Assembly (NCBI GenBank): GCA_035527755.1
Contig: DATKZX010000006.1
Location: 26,057 to 90,056 of the forward strand
Direction of reading: 5' to 3'
Length of the DNA stretch: 64,000 bases
Source of the DNA: Methanomassiliicoccales archaeon
GTDB lineage: Archaea > Thermoplasmatota > Thermoplasmata > Methanomassiliicoccales > UBA472
The position numbers were made by a program, and so were the translations under genes. The notes below the pieces were generated by a model. The model searched no databases, was not told where the DNA came from, and worked only from the letters and a program-made list of their open reading frames with translations. Positions 63,060 through 64,000 of the stretch are shown here, piece after piece (the first letter of the stretch is position 1; each line of letters begins with the position of its first letter).

Positions 63060-64000
63060 ATGCAACAAGGACCATATGACCCAAATCAAGGCGGCCCTCC
63101 GCAATATCAGGGACCGCAGCCGGGACCACAGCAATGGCCCCAGCAAAACCCTCCGAACCAATATCAGCAGGATCAACCGAACCAGTACCAGCAAGGGCCG
63201 AACCAGCAGTATCAGCCCTACCCGCCGTACCAACCGCCCAAGAAGAAACGCAACATGAAGTTGGTGGTGGCCGCGGTCGCCGTCGTGGCGATACTTCTGG
63301 TCGCCTCCATGGCCGTGCTGTTCTGGCCCACTGACGCCAACGGTGATGATCTTCCGGCCCATGAGGTCATACCGAAGATCATCGACATCGGCAGCTTGGT
63401 GACCGCCGCCACTGGCACCATCGGGTCGCTCGGCGGATCGATCTCCGTGAACAACCTGGCTAGCGCCGTGAACGGACTACGGATAGAGGTGCCCCAGGGA
63501 GCACTGGAATCTCCGGTGGACTTTGACATCAGATCCGCCGTGGTCAATGCCGCCCAGGGACTGCCTGACACCGGAAAGATCGTCAGCCGGATGATATCCA
63601 TTGAAACGGACGGAACGAGCGATTGGGATGTCTTCAGGATGTTCGATAAGGTGCTCACTGTCACCCTGCCATACGATGACTCGTTGGTCACCGATGAAGA
63701 AGGGGTGCGTTTCTATCAATATGACGCGGAGAACCAGAAGCTGGAACCGACCGGGTTCCTGTGGCAGGACATGATCGCCAATACCATCACCTTCAATTCC
63801 GCCACCTTCTCCAAGTTCGTGGCCGTCGAATTGGCCATGAGCATATTCGAGGACATGAACTCCAGCTTCGCCGTGGACACTGGCTTCAGACCGAATAACG
63901 ATGGATGGTTCATTCCGAACTACGGCTCCTACCTGGAGAACGGTGGACTATGCCTAGGCATGGTCTCCTACGCCAAATGGTACTACACCTATCACAATAC
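63060..64000 (+). CDS. hypothetical single-pass membrane protein with a Pro/Gln/Asn/Tyr-rich N-terminal region (3' end beyond the window)
   Basis: Own translation from ATG 63060 (GGTGA upstream): MQQGPYDPNQGGPPQYQGPQPGPQQWPQQNPPNQYQQDQPNQYQQGPNQQYQPYPPYQPPKKKRN, then MKLVVAAVAVVAILLVASMAVLFW, then a soluble domain that is still open at 64000. Confidence 0.6.
   Translation, partial: MQQGPYDPNQGGPPQYQGPQPGPQQWPQQNPPNQYQQDQPNQYQQGPNQQYQPYPPYQPPKKKRNMKLVVAAVAVVAILLVASMAVLFWPTDANGDDLPAHEVIPKIIDIGSLVTAATGTIGSLGGSISVNNLASAVNGLRIEVPQGALESPVDFDIRSAVVNAAQGLPDTGKIVSRMISIETDGTSDWDVFRMFDKVLTVTLPYDDSLVTDEEGVRFYQYDAENQKLEPTGFLWQDMIANTITFNSATFSKFVAVELAMSIFEDMNSSFAVDTGFRPNNDGWFIPNYGSYLENGGLCLGMVSYAKWYYTYHN

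Overview
Archaeal chromosomal segment. The evidence is RadA, the GGGP and DGGGP ether-lipid synthases, TATA-box-like promoters and a tRNA-Leu with encoded CCA. Gene content looks Thermoplasmatota/Methanomassiliicoccales-like, but I cannot place it firmly from sequence alone. I call about 60 protein genes, one tRNA, one gene remnant and several intragenic tandem-repeat arrays. I found no rRNA, CRISPR array, integrase or transposase.

Layout:
- 0.3-8 kb: housekeeping genes (radA, Trm11-like methyltransferase, site-2 protease, DGGGPS/GGGPS, pdxT, F390-synthetase-like ligase).
- 8-12.4 kb: DUF169 protein, zinc-ribbon protein, radical SAM enzyme, and an MtaA-like methyltransferase with a small partner gene.
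- 12.5-15.7 kb: TroA/Znu-type metal ABC importer, divergent from nikR.
- 15.7-17.4 kb: MBL-rhodanese fusion and an ACT-domain protein.
- 17.9-25.5 kb: cell-surface block. It holds a multi-pass membrane protein, a secreted IdeS/Mac-1-like cysteine protease fused to PKD domains, and a 1349-aa protein with a beta-propeller-like region and ten FN3 repeats.
- 27.2-37.5 kb: AT-richer accessory region of small, membrane and hypothetical genes. It ends at a repeat-rich surface protein, tRNA-Leu(UAA), a partial tRNA copy and a pirin remnant.
- 37.8-47 kb: COG2403/cDPG-synthetase-like protein, orphan CooT-like nickel protein, DUF1028 protein, padR plus a two-gene ABC exporter operon, and two hypothetical regulator-like genes.
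- 47-51.5 kb: birA plus a transcarboxylase-like 12S/5S/1.3S operon.
- 51.5-55.4 kb: PRC-barrel gene followed by an ABC-2 transporter and an M16 peptidase.
- 55.5-57.6 kb: response regulator and P5C dehydrogenase.
- 57.7-63 kb: bacterial-architecture acsB-acsD-acsC cluster.

The most unusual items:
- acsB carries an in-frame N-terminal extension of about 250-280 codons that I cannot assign to any family, and no CODH gene is nearby.
- The archaeal IdeS-like protease keeps an intact Cys/His/Asp triad.
- The biotin operon has no biotin carboxylase.
- An M16 peptidase is translationally coupled to an ABC-2 exporter.

All calls rest on my own reading of the translations and DNA. No database search was run.
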